Positions 34,401 through 35,831 of a stretch of 35,831 nt of DNA are shown piece by piece. The DNA comes from Candidatus Parcubacteria bacterium. Its GTDB lineage: Bacteria > Patescibacteriota > Minisyncoccia > Phycocordibacterales > JAKFXT01. Location: NCBI GenBank assembly GCA_021414235.1, contig JAIOOV010000003.1, positions 103,560 through 139,390 of the forward strand. The letters are read 5' to 3'. Every line of letters begins with the position of its first letter. Position 1 is the first letter of the stretch. The notes under the pieces were generated by a model. That model was not told where the DNA came from and ran no database searches. It saw only the letters and a program-made list of their open reading frames with translations. Position numbers and translations under genes: made by a program.

Positions 34401-35831
34401 GGCGAAGTAGTTCCGATACCCACGTTACCAGCAGAGTCAATGAGGAACGCCGTCGCCGTCGAAGAGCCGACGACAAACTGATTGGTATCTCCCGCTACTG
34501 GGTTCACGGCGAGCTTGGCCCAAGGGGTGGTAGTACCTACACCAAAGAGACCTGTGGCCGCCATATAGTTGAGGCCGTTAGTGTCCGAAGTGCCGAATAT
34601 GCGGAAGTTGCGAGTCTTGGTATCGATATTATTAGTCGAACCATACGCACCTAATTCCAAGTAACTATTAGCGGCGGAAGGAGTACCCAAGAGAAGGCGG
34701 GGGCCGCTCGTGAGAGAGGTGGTGAAGGTATTGGTAGTGTCTCCGACACGTAGTACTCCGTTGTAGATATCGACCAGAGCCCCAGGAGTGCTAGTGCCAA
34801 CGCCGATGTTCCCCACGTTATTGATGACAAAAAGCGAGGTTGTCGCGCTTGCCGTAGAAGAAGCGACCTCAAAAAGCTTGGTATTAGTCTCGCCATTATT
34901 AGCATGAACAGCGAGCTTAGCCCCAGGAGTAGTAGAGCCGATACCCAACCTACCGGTTATCGCATCCCAAAAGAGATTCGAGGAGGTTGCTATAGCCGAG
35001 GAACCATTCCCGAACGGAATGAACCCACTCGCAAGCGAAGCCCAGCCAGTGCCACCATTGGCCACAGGAAGAACCCCGGTCACCTGCGAGGCAAGATTAA
35101 GGACACCTGAGATTGTAGAGAGAGTCGTAGAAGCAACCCACGATGGAATACCATTTGAGAGAGCGAGAACAAAGCCGTTAGTGGAGGCCGCTAATTTTGA
35201 AATTGCGTTAGTGCCGGATCCATAGAAGGTGTCGCCCGTGGTTACTGTAGTAAGTCCTGTACCTCCACTCGTCACACCCAGAGTGCCGCTGATATTCGCA
35301 AGCGTAGTAGTGGACTGCCAAGTTGGTATGCCACCAACAAGAGCCAGCACCTGGCCATTGGTACCAGCAGAAGTAGTAGCAATAGCTCCAGTACCATTAC
35401 CTATCAGAATTGAATTAGCCTGGAAGGCACCCCAGCCAGTACCTCCGTTCGAAGTTGAGAGGATGCCCGCCACTTGGGAAGCGACATTCAGAGTACCGGA
35501 AATCGTTGCCAGAGTCGTAGAAGCAACCCACGATGGAATACCATTTGAGAGAGCGAGAACAAAGCCGTTCGTACTCGAAGCTATCCTACTGAGAGTATTC
35601 GGGGAAGAAGCGTACGTAATATCTCCCGGAGTGTAGGAGGTGAGCCCGGTACCTCCGCTCGTTACGCCCAGCGTCCCGCTAATATTCGCAAGCGTAGTAG
35701 TGGACTGCCAGGTAGGCACTCCCCCGACGAGCGTGAGTACCTGGCCATTAGTACCAGCAGACGTGGTGGCTACCGCACCCGTGCCGTTACCGAGGATGAC
35801 CGTGTTCGCCTGCAGATTTGCCCAGCCCGTG
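31487..35831 (-). CDS. Giant S/T/G/N-rich fibre- or adhesin-like repeat protein (>1448 aa; 5' end outside the window)
   Basis: The frame stays open past the track's start at 35719 to the window edge (TGWANLQANTVILGNGTG...). Recurrent VGIGTTxP motifs and modular repeats. Confidence 0.9.
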   Translation of the reverse strand, partial: TGWANLQANTVILGNGTGAVATTSAGTNGQVLTLVGGVPTWQSTTTLANISGTLGVTSGGTGLTSYTPGDITYASSPNTLSRIASSTNGFVLALSNGIPSWVASTTLATISGTLNVASQVAGILSTSNGGTGWGAFQANSILIGNGTGAIATTSAGTNGQVLALVGGIPTWQSTTTLANISGTLGVTSGGTGLTTVTTGDTFYGSGTNAISKLAASTNGFVLALSNGIPSWVASTTLSTISGVLNLASQVTGVLPVANGGTGWASLASGFIPFGNGSSAIATSSNLFWDAITGRLGIGSTTPGAKLAVHANNGETNTKLFEVASSTASATTSLFVINNVGNIGVGTSTPGALVDIYNGVLRVGDTTNTFTTSLTSGPRLLLGTPSAANSYLELGAYGSTNNIDTKTRNFRIFGTSDTNGLNYMAATGLFGVGTTTPWAKLAVNPVAGDTNQFVVGSSTATAFLIDSAGNVGIGTTSPPAKLAVQGSNTGSVLLGEWGGGTTYGAISLNGSLSSTQANFYSGPADGTLYINRPLNSQINFRIGGTDQMVLRASGSFGIGSTTPWAKLAVNPVAGDTNQFVVGSSTATSFLIDNAGKVGIGLTSLFGKFNINSSGIPAVSGSITSGLVISNGLTGTAANLGTYDSGSTATSYSYFKSTYVNSAGTALALVLQPTGGNVGVGSTTPLAKFGVHANNGDTNTLLFDVASSTASATTSLFNISNTGTATFAFPGNTSSLIIAGSNTNQVLISGPSHLRFSAPLVPNTTNGYDLGASGTAWGKLYLYAGASIGSIFSAVTPPTNGLIVQGNTGVGSSSPLAKLSVHGLNGDTNTLLFNVASSTAGATTSLFSISNTGVITSVASATSTFSAGIQTTALNVTGATSTFANGIQLAAGCFRGLDGSCIGGGSSLTGTTGQLAYFSGTNVAAGTSAIFLSGSLVGIGSTTPWAKLAVNPVAGDTNQFVVGSSTRTSFIIDNAGKVGIGTTSPSGILTVSASTSLATFFSSSTPIINSQGTTRSVMNYESYSLTDTTYLQAPKYIAVSNDFASTATPANAALLLDMFTPSTNTTAVGSLRGGMFQSIHNGTGALTAAIAITGTSLNRGNATATTLLGVFGSATNGVSGGLQSATTTTAEGVRAAIANLGVNDLITSAYGVRVNTLSNAGTITNTYGVHVGDITTGTQTNTPYSFYASDTGAYNFFATSTAIGSGLALGNGVPDALLHIYSGNTSGNTIRLGQTSGNEYSDIDYNRSGATTLNIRNAYAAVGSRFNLGIGSSPALVMYYAGISGVDVAHVGIGTTTPWAKLAVNPIAGDTNQFVVGSSTATSFIINPAGKVGLGLTAPATRLDVFEANAAPQLRLTKSASLYSELTVDSTGDLTMSAAGGDIYAVTENLWICDGGSCPALTATSTAGNIFVENAVTFGNGFSFRQISVNELGLYNASSSLLLIFDQGN
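31830..34545 (-). repeat. Four dispersed ~47-aa modules (GxGxTTPWAKLAVNPxAGDTNQFVVGSSTxTxFxIxxAGxVGIG)
   Basis: Copies at approximately 34400-34543, 34034-34165, 32882-33025 and 31830-31963. Confidence 0.9.
33280..34950 (-). repeat. Three dispersed ~43-aa modules (GSxxPxAKxxVHxxNGxTNTxLFxVASSTAxATTSLFxIxNxG)
   Basis: Copies at approximately 34815-34950, 33670-33800 and 33280-33410. Confidence 0.88.
35041..35831 (-). repeat. Two tandem 390-nt (130-aa) coding repeats plus the start of a third
   Basis: The TGW anchor CCCAGCC recurs at 35821, 35431 and 35041. 35511-35569 equals 35121-35179 (59 nt identical); 35682-35710 equals 35292-35320 (29 nt identical). Confidence 0.92.

Noticed and set aside
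27733-35831. Prophage
   Set aside because: Only fibre-like and modifying genes are present, interleaved with tatAC and running into mutY. No capsid, portal, terminase, integrase or lysis genes are in the window.
31830-35831. CRISPR array, DGR template/variable repeats or shufflon
   Set aside because: The repeats are in-frame coding modules with synonymous divergence, not constant repeats with unique spacers. No adenine-specific mismatch pattern, reverse transcriptase or invertase was seen.

Overview
Bacterial chromosomal window using the standard genetic code (TGA is a stop). The gene set and style point to a Patescibacteria/CPR (Parcubacteria-like) genome; this is inference. Left (1-5.8 kb): a partial NAD-dependent epimerase, then an AT-rich defence-like block. 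It holds a Ser/Thr kinase plus all-TPR gene pair and an EcoRI-family adenine methylase coupled to a DUF262-HNH nuclease. The methylase/nuclease pair sits between an intact exported-protein gene and a decayed copy of that gene's 3' end. Middle-left (5.8-15.9 kb): accessory genes including five stand-alone degenerate receiver-like ORFs, GFA, a ClpP-like lipoprotein, padR-pspC with an operator, SOUL, tRNA-Ser(GGA), an EEP hydrolase and an orphan nucleotidyltransferase. Middle-right (15.9-25.8 kb): core genes htpX, lemA, groEL, groES, secG, a peptide-binding protein, rnj, an MFS transporter and mutY. Right (25.8-35.8 kb): one tightly packed minus-strand run. It reads giant S/T/G-rich fibre-like repeat protein (5' end outside the window), tatC, tatA, a small twin-arginine protein, a phage-like beta protein, a glycosyltransferase-like/sulfotransferase fusion, a membrane-anchored beta protein, a sulfite-oxidase-like enzyme and an FAD reductase. 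The best candidate for an undescribed system is this fibre + dedicated TatAC + small RR protein + glyco/sulfo-modification cluster. No CRISPR array, integrase, transposase or phage capsid/terminase genes were seen. All family calls come from motif recognition; no database searches were run.
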